A stretch of DNA of 59,868 bases, counting the filler, from Platydemus manokwari (Eukaryota), in the NCBI GenBank assembly GCA_037951405.1. It is 6 parts of 6 records of this genome, joined end to end, with 100 filler letters (N's around TTAATTAATTAA, not from the genome) between each part and the next. Parts side by side here need not be neighbours in the genome. Positions count along the whole stretch, not along the records: positions 30,066 to 39,720 come from JBBMOY011221765.1; positions 39,821 to 50,600 come from JBBMOY011106109.1; positions 50,701 to 59,868 come from JBBMOY011288983.1; 3 more parts are not named here. The stretch is one strand, 5' to 3'. Positions 37,873 through 51,637 of this stretch are shown here, in pieces (position 1 is the first letter of the stretch; each line of letters begins with the position of its first letter). Both the position numbers and the translations under genes were made by a program. The notes under the pieces are model-generated. The model saw only the letters and a program-made list of their open reading frames with translations. It had not been told where the DNA came from and made no database searches.

Positions 37873-38082
37873 ATGGCCGAATCTCAATATAATAGGAAAG
37901 CACTAGAGGAAGTGATTAAATTGGCCGACGAAAAGATTAATAGTGTTGAAGATTATTTTCTCAAACAAGAGGATACGTTTAATGATTTTATTAAAGGAAG
38001 TGATGATACAATGAAAGATTTAAATGTCTATTTTAACAGTTTACAGAAGCAGTTAGAAAAATGGAAAAGTGTTTATTTGCAA
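37873..38082 (+). CDS. Probable first coding exon of a coiled-coil protein
   Basis: ATG in aaatcaATGG context after an acceptor-like tttAG; helical, charged MAESQYNRKALEEVIKLADEKINSVEDYF...; ends at a possible donor CAA|GTATTT. Downstream exons not resolved. Confidence 0.45.
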
Positions 38083-39720
38083 GTATTTCATTAAATGTTG
38101 AATATTCTATCATCTATTCAATTGTTGCTATAATTGTTTAAATTATAGATAATATTTTGATTTGAATTTAGAATTGACTTATTAAACTGTATCATTTATT
38201 TAATTAATTGATGAATACAACATTTGGAAAAAAGCGATTGAAAGAAAATGATAAAATGCATTTGAATTTCTCAGTAAATCAAATAATAAAATAGTTTTAT
38301 CATTAAATAATAAATACTTGATTATTATGCAGACCTACCTGCTTAAGTCAGATTAAATTGGTATGCCACAATTCATACTACTTATTTCAAATAAATTGTT
38401 TTTACCTTATTGCTTGTTTATAGATGATTTAATGTAGACTACAAATTAATAAGAGTTCATTTCTTCTCGTTATTGTAGTAGTTTGTATGTAGTTTAGCCA
38501 ATTCTGGATGACCGGATAGTTACAAAGTTTCTGGCATAGAGGATTGGTACATAAATCAAAATATGAAGGAATATAAAAAACAAAACCGTTAAGTTATAAT
38601 CGTTTCTTTTTCAAGAAAATCCATAATTGATCTCTACTTCTTCGAAAATTTTGTAATAAATATTTCAAATCCCTCTTTAAATTTAAAGTGTAATCCTCTC
38701 AGACTTCTATTAAAATTACGTATTGACAGTGAATGTACATAATATGTAGAAAAATGTCAATATATATGCACGGACATGTTACGATCAATAGGTACGACTT
38801 AAGCTACAAAATTTGCATGAATTATAAAAGTAAAAATCCTGATTTTGAAAGTAGTACGGCATACACATAAATCCAAGATATCCAAATCGTATCAAAGCAG
38901 GCTTGACGGTATTATATTTTTGAATATAATGATTGACCTTTAACAATTAGTATTGTATAGTTGATATGTTGTAAATGCAATTCTACATGGCGTGATAATG
39001 ATCAGTAATTACGTATCAATGCTTCCAAAAAGTATGACCATTAATGGTGAATTGAATGAAACAAAATGATTTGCATTGACAAGGCTTCTACCAACTTTAA
39101 TTTTAAACACTTGATTCATTTTACTTTTAATAGAATCAATTTCTTATTATTCGGAATAGAAAAACAAAATATTTTTAATTTGATAAGTATATATTTATGA
39201 AGAATATAACAGCTATCATGTTTGGATAAAATAACAGATAACTTTACCAAGATAACATTTATAATCCCATAAAATCGTTTTATTATTAAAAATTACTCTA
39301 TTGAAAATATTGTTATACTTCAGAATTAAAACAATCTCAATGATATTTTTTGTAAAATATTGAAAATAATAAAGAAACTATTCTAATATTATATGATTCA
39401 ATGCTGAGTCAATCGCACTTATAATATATACTGTTTCTTGAATGTATACGAAGCTAAAAACAAGGATAACTAAAATATGTTAGTTACCATATTTTAAAAT
39501 GTTAGATAGAATTTTAGTTGACTTTTTAATGACTATTGTTATAATGTAATTTGAAATCAACCATATATCTCAATATAATCTTATAAAGATTAATATGTCA
39601 GCTAGAAAACTAAATTTCATCATCTTTATTTTAGATAACTAATATTTTCTCTTATGTTTTCTTCGGTTTTGATAATCGAATTTATTCATGAAGGCAAATA
39701 AAATACCCAACAATCGATCA

Positions 39721-39820
39721 NNNNNNNNNNNNNNNNNNNNNNNNNNNNNNNNNNNNNNNNNNNNTTAATTAATTAANNNNNNNNNNNNNNNNNNNNNNNN
39801 NNNNNNNNNNNNNNNNNNNN
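39721..39820. other. Artificial contig spacer
   Basis: N44-TTAATTAATTAA-N44. Confidence 0.98.
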
Positions 39821-42800
39821 TACCATCTATTTGTGTCTACGTCCTCCAATCATCAATTTCTATATAATAATAAAAATAGAAAAAATATTTATTATTTCTT
39901 GGCTAATTCGATGAAAGAGCATTTGTAAATATATTTATTGCTGATTTTGGACATGAGCTATTGCGTGCAATCACAATATGTTTTCTTGTAATAAAAGAAT
40001 GTCATTTGTGGAACGGGTAGCAATAGTTTATCGATAATAAAAATATGTAATATCCTTATGGAACGAATCCAGAATTTTTAAAGTAAATAAATTCTCTTAT
40101 TTTACTGATCGGAAAAATAGGAATAAAAATGTAAAATTGTAATACAAACTGAATATATTAAAATTAGGGAAGTGAAAAATAAATCTATAAAAGCCTGGTT
40201 TTTAATCCACTTTAATTCAAGATTTAAAATCAATATTTTTATCCTGGGCCAAATTAAAATCTAAACACACTGAATTAAGAATAAGTCACGTCTAGAAGAG
40301 TTCTTGACAATTTTATTTAAAATTTTACAACTACTTGTATCTTTAATAATAATAAAAATTATTATTATTATCTTTATTATTATTATTATATTTATAAACA
40401 TAATATTATTAATATAACTTTATAAATAAAAATATATGATTTGTCTATTCATGAAGTCGGTAAAGATAAATAATCGAATGAGCAAAGATCTCATTTCGGC
40501 AAAAATGAATGAAAAAGTTTTGTTTCTGCGTGTACAGTTTGAGAAATTGTTCTACTTTCCTCTGTGACGAGGATAATCGGGAAAGAATTAAGGTCAATAA
40601 ACGATGCGTAGGATTAGTAGAGTGAAATTAATTTATTACATCGCTTAAATGATTATATTAATTGCAGACAGACATTTTTATATCGCAGATTTTAACAGAA
40701 CATTTTTTCTCTCTAATATAATTAATCTAATAATTCACAAACGAAATCAACGCATTCATTCTCCTTCAATGTGCCTTCAATGACGTTGCCTAATGACGAA
40801 TCTCAGTGCATTATCATTTTTACTGAATTTGATTTTTTGTTTTTAATCACAACAATGAGTTTGTTGTCCGACCATACAAACGGGTACACTTTGCAAATAC
40901 GAGTCGCATTTAATTTGTCGACGACATCCAGATCATTTAGAGGGGACAATTAATTCGTAACGAAATTACGTTTCAAAATTCAATGTGTTTCTCCAATTTG
41001 TAATTATCGAGAATTATCTTGTGACGAGTGAACACGTTTGAGATGAGTTCAATGGGTTGAAGAGTAATTGTTTTGTGAGTCCTATTTGACCGTTTCTGTC
41101 CCGAATAGTTACAGATAGTTTATAACGATTATATCAATGACTCTTGTTATTACATACCAACATGATTATTACAGAATGAAGAATGGTTGACATCTTTCCT
41201 GATAGGATAGTGGTGAAAGAAAAATATATAAAACCTATCTTGACAGAGACTGATGGATCATCTTATTAGTCCTTAAGCATTTTTCCTATTTCTAGTTACA
41301 ATAAATATTTCAATTAATAAGTCAAATGAATGTTCTTCATATCTGTAAATAGACTCTTCTGAATGTTGTTTTATCTTGATTCCCACTTTTTACAAACATT
41401 ATGACAGTAAATAGCTTTATTGGTAGAATTGAACATTCTTTGTTTTTACTTTACTGACGAACCAATGAGATTCTCTCACCAAGGTCGTAATCTACTGACG
41501 TGATAATATATTCAATTCAAAAGATCATTAACACCATTAATCTATCTTCTATTGATGTCAACAATCAATGATGCGAACACTTATTACCATCTCAACCGTG
41601 TCGCAAGCTTACTCATCAGATAAATAAATGCAATTAAAAATTCCCATTCTATTTCAAAAACTTTCACAACAAAGCTTTTTATGATTTAATTCACAGAACA
41701 TATATAAAAATCTAGATCAAACCGTTCGACACAGGCAATTTACTGTTAACGAGTACAGATAAAATTTTACAGGACAATAAATGAAACTAGTTTGTTAAGA
41801 GAGATTTAGAGACAAAACCCTATGTAAAATGCCATCCAGGCAAACTCATTAATAATAACACGGAGAAGAGCAGAGCAGAATGAGGAAGGAATTTCTGCGG
41901 AAATACATAGAAATAAAACAATGTACCATAAACAAAGCGCTATTATTATATTGGTCTGCTTCGTCTTGAATAACTCTCTATTTAAATATAGATTTGTAAA
42001 CATGTGTTTTCGAATAAATAGCTTCTTGAATTTTACAAACAGTGATTTATTTTAGTGACATAGTTGGTTGTATACTCACAATTATCATTTTATTCTATTG
42101 AAATTCCAGCTTGGTGTGGCAGATATTCTTATGGTCAATGCAACAGACCGATTCTTTAAGTCTGCTATTTTATCATATCAATTGAATTGAAATATTAATA
42201 AGGAATGTCGGTAAAATATTACTACGCTATTGTTAAAAGATTTTCAGATTATTTATGTATTCATTTCGTTACGGAGATTATTAACATCCACAAATAATAA
42301 TAGTAAAATATCAATACAATATCAATACATATATCAGTAGTAACAGCAAACATAAATATTCTCATAAAATTATTAGATTGATTTGAATAAAATATCATTT
42401 TTTAAAAATGATAAGCTGGATGAACATAAATTTACAGGAAATTCTTTAAAAAATATTTACCAATAAATGTATTTGTATTCTGGATAAATAACTCCCATTC
42501 AATATATAGAATGAGAAATAATTTTTACTTTGTAAAACCTAGATTTTTAATAATAAAAATTGCTTTTCTTATATTAGGGGTAAATGATACCCTTCAACAG
42601 AGTTATTAAATTGATATTCTTTGATTTGAATTCTTTTGTGTTATCAAAGGTCCACAATATTAATCATTTCAGATTTTTGTGAACACTTTGTCGTTTAAAA
42701 ATTTTTAAAAATTTATTTTAATAATTGTGTATGGGTTCGAATTTGGTACTCCCAGCATGGTCTATTATCGACGTAACGGCTTCTTGGATGCAACAGCTTT

Positions 42801-44889
42801 GAAATAATACTAGTATACAACGTTCGAGTTGTAACTTATTATTTACTAAAACATTTTAGCAAATGACCAGTCCTCGTTAATAAGAACGAAACAAGAAACA
42901 TTAATGGATTTGATATAAATCTTGATCATTCAATCAATAGTACGGGATAAAGTGAGGAATTTCATTAAACATATTCGTTTGTCATCTGCTATAAAATAAA
43001 ATATCGTATAAGCCAAAATTATCCGTATTATTCATTCAAACAAACCATCTAATTTTTTGATTGGCTAATTTAGGATTATTAAATAATGGTTTACCTTATG
43101 GTTCAACAAAGGTTATTCTTTTAATTTTATACAAGATGTTATTTATTAGGTGACCTGAAATGAAATTGTAATGGCTTTACGCATTCTCCGAATTAAATTT
43201 TCCTGCACATTAACAATATAACAATGGAATGAGATGTCACGCGATCATTTAAGGAATTTTTGTGATATGGAGATGACCAGTTGTTCAGTTATCCCATTAA
43301 GGGATTCTTCAATAGATGAATCAATAATATTATTTTGACGTGATTTGTAAAAGTGAAAAAATATGAATGCAAATGGCATTAATATCCGAGGCATATGAGC
43401 TGTGAAAATCATAATTCAGGTATTGGAAATGAAATAGCTCGGACTACATTGATATTTGTTTCTGGAATATCATTTAATTATTTGTATCCATGCTTACAAA
43501 ACCTGGCATCCATTAATATCAAGGGAATTTTATTCGATCAAATATTTTCCCCCAGTTCTTCTCGATAATTAGAGTAAAGTGAGAAGCTTCATTCCAATAA
43601 TCCCCAACAACATCGCATTTCTAGAAATACTCGGAATAACATTTATCAGGCTGCCTGGAGAATTTATTTGGCCCAGAAATTAAGTCTTTGTTTTTGTTAA
43701 TATTTTAGAAATCCGGACAAGCTACATTTATTATGACAAATAATGGTTGCGATAAATAAATTTCATATTACTAATAATAATAATAATAATAATATTTATC
43801 AAACCATAAATATTTATTAATAATTATTATTGTTGTTAATAATATATTATCATAAATCAACTCACATTGTCTTGTAAATGAGGCTTCATCAGAATTTTCG
43901 TCGAGAGCATTTACAATAAAATATACAAAACAATGTTAGAAATGATAGTATTGTTCCCAGTGAGTGTGTCAAACTCATTAATGAAACTAGCTCGCATTGG
44001 CATCATTCTATTCCTAACGATACTACATTGAGTATCTACTTCGAGGCCGGATAGGTTATGATATTTGCTAATGCATACAAACTCAGCTTCAAAACAAATA
44101 TGCAGAAAGGTGTTCGATCATTACTCAGGGTGTGGCTTTGTGAAAGACAGTAGAGGGAGTAGTTCAAACAAAAAATTGTTGAAAAACGCATACAAACTAC
44201 GAACGAATTTTCATTTCTCTAAAGTATGCGCGCATGATCCAACAGTTCAACTTTGGAATAAACTATGACTGGGTACAAGTTGAATGGGTTATCAATTTGC
44301 ATTTACTTAGCTTCAGTATTGTCGACCGATGGAAAACAAGTGTTGGCACTCATTTGAATAAACCTTCCATTCAAACAAGCCATTGGGAATTATATTTTGG
44401 CGAGGTTCCTTGTTTATGAAACATCATATAATGTAAGGTGTTATTGTGGGGTGATGTTATAACTGATTTTGATGTACGCTCAGAGCTTTGACATAACTAA
44501 ATATCTGAGATTTGTTTATTCAGTTTAGTTAAACAAAACAAAAATCAAATATCCAATCAAAGATAGTATACATTGTATTCAGGAGGGCATGTTGTATGCG
44601 ATTGTGCATTCCCCCCCAATATATTCCTTATAATTGATAATTTTGTCATGGGCATACATACTATGGTAAGCTCATATTATATGTGTATCGGGATTAAAAT
44701 GAAACATTTCGACTCCATAATTATAAAATATTATGAAAAAATTGGCCCATGATAATTGCTTGAGCTAAAATGAAGATAAAACATTGGAGTCAAGTGATTG
44801 ATTGTTTTAGTATGATTTCGAGAAAGTCTGAAGATGACATTTATGAGAAGCATTTCTGGGACTAATTATAGATTCAAAAGAATTAAAAG

Positions 44890-45480
44890 ACTCCTTTTTA
44901 ATTAGAACAACAGTTATTTTCTCGATGTGAATCTAATGATCTCAAAACTCTCCAAGCAGCAAGCAGAATTATTATATTTGAGATTAAAAGTGTGGAATCT
45001 ATTTTGCAAAGATGCACATAAGATGATTTTAAGGAATTTTTATTTAAATGTGGTATTGGTTTCAGTAATTATGTTGTATCTTATAAAACCGGTTTATCAT
45101 TTATTATTCTGAAGAGTGATGATTATTGGTAGATTCTTTTAATATCAATTTTAAAGCTGTACTTTTACACACTGGCGCGTATAATATGAAGTTATAAAAC
45201 TTCTCGATAAAATTAGCCATCAATAGAAAATTTATGAAATTTGTGTGATTCACCTATCAGTTGCAGATCCAGGAAAAAATGTAATTGTCATTGGTTTATA
45301 TTATATTAGGAATAATGAGAAATTTGATTAACTGAGTGGATCAAAATGGGCCTGGATTTCCATATCTGGAAAAGAAATTTGATAATATTAGTGAAGTAAA
45401 AAAGAATTATTTAAGGACCAAAATTTCTCATCAGTATTGAGTAACACTGAAAAGACATCATGGATAGCTATTGGAGTTTA
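44890..45480 (+). mobile_element. Decayed DNA transposase, Chapaev3 (CMC)-like
   Basis: Ordered remnants KLSKQQAELLYLRLKVWNL, EE**LLVDSFNINFKAVLLHTG, LLDKISHQ*KI, VDQNGPGFPYLEKKFDNISEVK and NTEKTSW match recalled motifs (LSKEKAELLGSRL..WNL; EWRLFIDSS..SLKAVLLHNG; GF.YL..KF..ISEAK). Superfamily name is from memory. Confidence 0.75.
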
Positions 45481-48400
45481 GTGATTATATGCGGTTATTA
45501 ACTTTTTTATTTTTTGGTTTGATAGGAGCTTCGATAGCGAGTATGAGGTCCACACTGTGTGAAAAACTAGTTATATAAGGGTCTCATGTTAATTTAGTTT
45601 GTGTAGAACTTATTTGACTGAGTACAACAATATCGTTACTAAATAAAACCAAATTATAATTCCGTTTAAATTAAAATTCAACTTAAATGGCGAATACAAA
45701 CTGAACTCTTGATAATATTATAATTATTATTTGATCTAAAATTGAGAAAAATTAAATTACAATATTTAACACGAAAAACTAACAAAACAATTTTTAGCTG
45801 ACAATATTCAATACACCGCGAAAGTGAATTACTGGAAATCCGAAGCGGGCGGAGAAGATATAGGAAGTGTAATGACAGTTCATATTTAAATGTGAGTTAA
45901 TTAATGAACATATGAATGATAATATTATAAAAAATTATAACAATCTTACGCCGAGGAATTGACAAGGCTGTTATTTAAATTTCCTCGGCGACTGCCGAAA
46001 TTCTGTCTCTCGTTAAATCAATTATCGATTAATTCGGCTACTGAATAATTTTCGTTTATAGATTTGCTTCGCTAAGATTTTTAGTATGTTGATTGCAGTG
46101 ATTATAGTGCTGGTTAATTGTTAGTTGTGTCTGGCTGTTGTGTTTCATCGACTTCTCGATCGGTTATTTATACTTGATCAGCTATGCATATGGTTGTTTC
46201 AATTATGAAGATTTTTCACATTTTTTGTTCGTCATTTGATATTACAATGCTTCTTAATTATCTCTATTAATTAATTATTTTATATTTATTTTTATTTATT
46301 TTATTTATACCTATAAAAATAATAAACAATAATCATCAATCATTAATTAAATTATTAATCAATACAGGATAAAAAGTGATAAAACAATAATAATTTTTTA
46401 TACATAAAAAATCAATAAAATAATACAAAAATTTAATTATTTTCGAAGTCAGAAATGTAAAACTGGGTGTTTCAAAAATTGATCAAATCAAATTTATTTA
46501 ATTACTTATTTATTTATTTATTTCTACAACTTCATTTTCCCATATTAAGAGATTCAGTTCACTTTATGATTATCCTGCTCTAATCGAATAGTTATCAAAA
46601 ATACGAATCGTTTTGGTAACCTGAAATCGAAACACTTATCAGTCTTAATATTTTCGAACAAAAAATTGTAGATAATTAAAAACTTCGTGAATTAGTTAAA
46701 TTAAATTTATTCTACTACATAGATAGAGGAGTGGATTGCGTGTGGAATATTAAAAAAAATAAACTTCGCTTTAGTTTATTACATACGAAAATAACAATAT
46801 AATCTGGCAAAATAAATAATTTTCGATCGTCAAACTTTTCAACTCAATACAATCGCAACAAACGAAATCATAAAAATATACAGAATTGAAAGAGAAAAAT
46901 AATCCTTAAAGAAAACATCTAAAATATCTACTGTTAATGTTTACAAAACCAAGATCCCAATCCACATTGTTAACATTGGCGATAAACAAATATTGACAAC
47001 CCCTTTCATGTCAAGCGCTCTGTTTTTGTTGTTGTGCTGAATCTGAGGTAAATATTAACTGTGATATATTTATATGAATTCATATATTAATATTTATGGT
47101 GAGAATTTTCATTAAATGAACACGAAATCCCCAATGCAAATGTAAGAATAAAATACAAAAGCGCTCAATGACAAATGTAAGTTCATAGACCTCATAAAAT
47201 AATTAATAGTGTGGGATAATTTGTAAGATTATATTTTTACAACACCAATCCATTGGGACAAACGGACGAGAAACGTCTGCAGTTGTGTTCTATTATTGAA
47301 AAAGCTCATAACTGAATATCCATGAATGAATCACGACTTTGTCCCAAGCTAGAATTTCATTTCTCTTCTGGATTGAATTGTTCTGCAATCATGCAGTTGA
47401 GTTCAGTTCTGTTTCACGAGTTACTTATTGAAGTTTCTACAAATTCAATGTCATTCTAAGAATTCAGGTTTTTTCTAAAAATTTCGAATAGATTGTCGAG
47501 AGATGAGAAAAGGTTAATGGACATAACTTCAACATTTTACCTTTGCTTACTAGAATTTCAGTAAAATCAATTCTGTAATTATATACTTAGAGCTAGTTAG
47601 AGATGTCAGTACTCTAAAGAATTAGAAGATACCTTGTAACTGTTCTTCGTAATGCGATTATAATTCAGTTAGAGGAGGAGTTGTGCTCCCCTATTTCAAA
47701 AAGGAAATAATAATAAAATATTATTTATTTTCACTCGATATTTTTCGATTGTCACACAAATTCATTTGTTGTCTAATAGATTTGTCGTTCAAATTTAATT
47801 TATATTTATGACAAAACCACAATAATAAAACAATCAAAAATAATTCTCATTTATATTTCTTTGACATATTTTTCCAAAGAACATTTGAACAGGTTACTTT
47901 TTCAATTTATGGTGGCGTCAACTTTCACGAGTAATATTGAGAATTTTTGACATAGAACAGTGAATAAAAAGTTGTTATTAACAGATTAGCACTGTTTTGG
48001 CCACACATGTATAAAAACAAAAAAATCTCTTGAAATTAAGATTGAATTACGAGCGAACTTTAAAAATATATTCGGGGTTACAAAGATAACAAAGAACCAT
48101 TTGTTAATTCAATGGTGCTGTATTCGCATTATATACATAGTTCCATATCTTTTTACAATACATAATTCTTAATCAATTTCTCCACACTAAGTAACGCCTC
48201 AAAAAATTCTCATTATATTATTCGAAAAATTCTGACAAATTTTCTGTAACAATATACCTAAGAATGAAATCTTCTTATGGTTATTGAAATTCAAACTAAA
48301 TTGGAATCGGTGAACTCTTAATACAATTCTCATAGTGGCCAATTCTTGTTGGTTTATTTAATTTTATTCTCATTTTAAGTGCGAAATCTAAATTATATAT

Positions 48401-50019
48401 CATTTGCTTTGTTCGTAATTTTAATCTTATAAATAAACAGATAATTTAGGATTTTGTTTAAATTTCTTATCTCAAAGGTCGAGCAGGTTTTTAATTAATT
48501 GCTCTCGGTTTTAAAGAGGTTATATTTTAGTAGTAAATTAATTCTAGATTATTTCGATCTTTTCAGATGAGTTTTGCGATAAATTTGAGTTAATGCCAAC
48601 TTTCATTTTAATAATTAATTATTTCGCAAAAATTATTTTAGAAAAAGTCGACGTCACAACAATATGATTGTCAAAATCAAATTCACAAAATTCGTAAAGC
48701 AACACTTGTCTAGGACGTCATGTTGATGGCTTTGAAGATTCTCATCAAATTGATGAAAATTTCCACAAGTCTAAACCACTTCGAATTGACATGGAGTTCA
48801 TTAAATTATCCATTAATCATCGCTTGGAAAAGTGGTTCCCAAGTTTTGACCTTGGTTTTGTGCCAATATGTTGACTTAAGTTTTGAATACTTTTTTGAAA
48901 TATCAGCAAATAGAAATTATATGTGATAAATTGTGTGTTTCGGTTTTTTTTAATCTCGAATTTAGTAATTGCAACACAACTTTATAAACGATGAGTTGAA
49001 GTAAAGAGTCAATTGTAATTAAAATACATGGTTATGATGACTTTATATTGTTATTATATGCGCTTTCCAACAATCAAAAAGGATTTGAAAGATTTAGCAC
49101 GAGTTGACATATTGGCAGATGGACTTGACCTGGTGTTTATAATTCCCGACGCGAAAATAAAACCTGAAAATAGAACCGAATTCATTAAATAAAAAATAAT
49201 AAAGAAAACAAGCAGACTCCAACCTGGATCTGAAATCCATGTTGAAACCCAAAAATTACCTCTAATAGATGAGATTACTCTCGATGTCGAAGAGAAATTT
49301 CTAAAAATATTGATCTGTTAGCCTTTTATAAACCCTCGTCATTCTTCAAGATTCCATCTCTCTCGTGCGTTTGGATTGATTATAAGCATATATGTCGATT
49401 ATTAATGAAAATTATTTAAAAAATCTGACTCAACTAGAGCCATTGTTAATTAATTATAACAATTAAAATACTTTTCATGAATCGATATATTAGAGTGAAA
49501 ACCAAAATCATTTCTGTATCGCTGGTCTTATTAAAGAGCTTCCATAAATTAAATCGTCAGATTTTTAATCGATCTACTTGAACTCACATTTAAAGTGTGA
49601 GAATTTTTAAAAAATTAATTTAAAAAAACGAGATTATAAAAATTATTAAGATTTTTAAAACAACCAATCATCTTCAAATATATCAGATATAAAATCATGG
49701 TGTCTGACATTGCTTAAAATTCTCTGAAGATATCATTTTTAATTATTAAGTTAGCCATTAAATTTGTTGGACTATTTGTGGATTGAACATATATTTTTTA
49801 TCCTTTAAATGAATAAGTTTCTACAAACAAAGTCAAAATATTTTCTAATAACTGGATGTCTCAAAATTGAATTACTCCTAGGTTTCTTTTTCAATAACTC
49901 AAAACTTTCCTGTTTTATTTTCCATTTTGATTATGCTTAATTCCAGAATAATGTATTAATATGGTGGACGATATGTGATAAATGTTGTATAAATTTGACA
50001 TTATAATCTCCTAATTTTA

Positions 50020-50430
50020 TCAATATTTTTTGGTGTCAGAAGGTTTTGTACTTTATTTTCTTGTGGCTTATTCATGATGTTGGATTGTGGGCTCTATTTA
50101 TTGATAGGTTTGGAGCTTGTGTTGGTGATAATTCTAAGAAGGTAGTTGGATAATGTACAATAAGGCAAATGAGTTTTATTTTGAGATATGGTTTTTATTA
50201 TTTATGCTTTCTTTATTTTATGATTCATGCTATTTTTAAGTCTATGTTTTTTATTTTTGTTGGGAATTTGATGGGGTATTCGTTGCATTATAAAGTTATT
50301 AGTCATTTTGGAAGAGTGTTGATTTGCCTAGTCCTATTTTGTTATTTTTAATTCGACTTTTATTCTTTTTTCATTATTTGGGTTTGGCTGGCTTTTGTAT
50401 AAAAGAGATTGTTGTTGGTTAAGTTTTATA
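50020..50430 (+). pseudogene. nad5: NUMT: nuclear fragment of mitochondrial NADH dehydrogenase subunit 5
   Basis: LVSEGFVL (cf. LVTAGV), SKKVVG*CTMSQMSF (cf. KKIVALSTLSQLGF; needs AGG=Ser), MIHAIFKSMFFIFVG (cf. THAFFKALLFLCVG), LAGFCMKE (cf. LSGFYSKD). T/G-skewed strand; in-frame TAA. Confidence 0.85.
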
Positions 50431-50442
50431 GGTTTCACTTAC

Positions 50443-50600
50443 ATTTGTTTTCTGGCCCAACTATTTACTTAAAACAATTAATTTACATTGAAAAATATTT
50501 GTATAACATTTGCATACCAGTACGTATAAAACGTGTATTAATTTTTATTGTATTAATTTTTATTTAATTTTGCATGTATTTTTATGATTTTACTTCTCTT
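50443..50600 (+). repeat. Dispersed repeat (~155 bp), second copy at ~51645-51804
   Basis: TTCTGGCCCAACTA.TTACTTAAAACAAT...CAGTACGTATAAAA.GTGTATTAATTTTTATTGTATT...TTTTACTTCTCTT on two contigs, with several substitutions. Confidence 0.85.
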
Positions 50601-50700
50601 NNNNNNNNNNNNNNNNNNNNNNNNNNNNNNNNNNNNNNNNNNNNTTAATTAATTAANNNNNNNNNNNNNNNNNNNNNNNNNNNNNNNNNNNNNNNNNNNN
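50601..50700. other. Artificial contig spacer
   Basis: N44-TTAATTAATTAA-N44. Confidence 0.98.
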
Positions 50701-51247
50701 TTTATTCCATTAGGTTTTTTGTGAAATTGATCTTGAATATTACATATAAATGAAAAATGTTATTCCCTTATTTTACGTATAAAAGGTATCACAAATATTC
50801 CATTTGTGCTATTTTATTAAAGTATTTCTCAAGGACGGGCGAAGTAACTTGTAAAAAAGAAATTTCCACAACACTGATACAGCTTCACAATATTATGAGA
50901 TAAGAATTTTATCCAGAACTTTGTTTTCGAGCACTTGTTTTTTATTGTATGTATACATGTGAGTATATTGCTCTTCTATGCGTTATACAGAAATTTTTTT
51001 GTACATCTGTGGAGAGTCGGATTAATTCAACTAGAAAATTTGGTTAACTAATACAAAATTGGATTTATTGGATTGATTACAACCTAAAAGGCATCTTTTG
51101 CCATTATTCTATAATAAATATTTGTTAAATTAAATTTTTAATAAAAAATATCGATGATTAATGATTAAATTTAAAAGCTTTTTCTCTTTTTCTAATCAAG
51201 ATTAAAATTGCGTCGGTAAGGAATCACCCAGTTTTCATTAACAAATG

Positions 51248-51637
51248 TGTTACGTTTTGGGGTCACTCTCTTATTATTATCTATTATTATTCTTTTCAAT
51301 TGATCGATATCTACATCTTATCAGTACTCTGAGTTCGTCTTGACCCTCAGGTAGTCATATGGAGTATATGCTTTGATGTTATTTCGCCTCGACGATCGTG
51401 ACTTATATGATGATAAGCGGATAAGCGTAGAAATCGATTTTATTTTGGTAATTACCTCTTATTGTACTATTCATAGTGTTGATTTTGATGTTATTGATTC
51501 TTACTATCAGTCTCATTTAATAATGCACCAGAATAACTTTAAAATGTGACGAATGACAATGAAATTTATGTATAATGAAATTGTGATGTCCTAGGCAAAT
51601 TGGCAGATTTAAAACCCAACTCAATGTTCGTATTACA
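51248..51637 (+). mobile_element. Solo LTR-like dispersed repeat, copy 2
   Basis: TGTTACGTTTTGGGGTCACTCT...TATTACA; TG..CA ends; homologous to the reverse complement of 35602-36005. Confidence 0.7.

Noticed and set aside
31500-44000. Alternative nuclear genetic code or RNA editing as the explanation for frequent stops and frameshifts
   Set aside because: mGluR, the 542-aa ORF and copy A are clean in the standard code. Lesions elsewhere mix all three stops with indels, as expected from neutral decay.
44400-44670. Possible Tc1/mariner remnant (VLLWG, SP..P motifs)
   Set aside because: Too degenerate to call by eye.
10544-50700. TTAATTAATTAA recurring about every 10 kb as a biological periodic motif or CRISPR-like repeat
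   Set aside because: Always centred in exactly 44+44 Ns; it is a six-frame-stop assembly linker.
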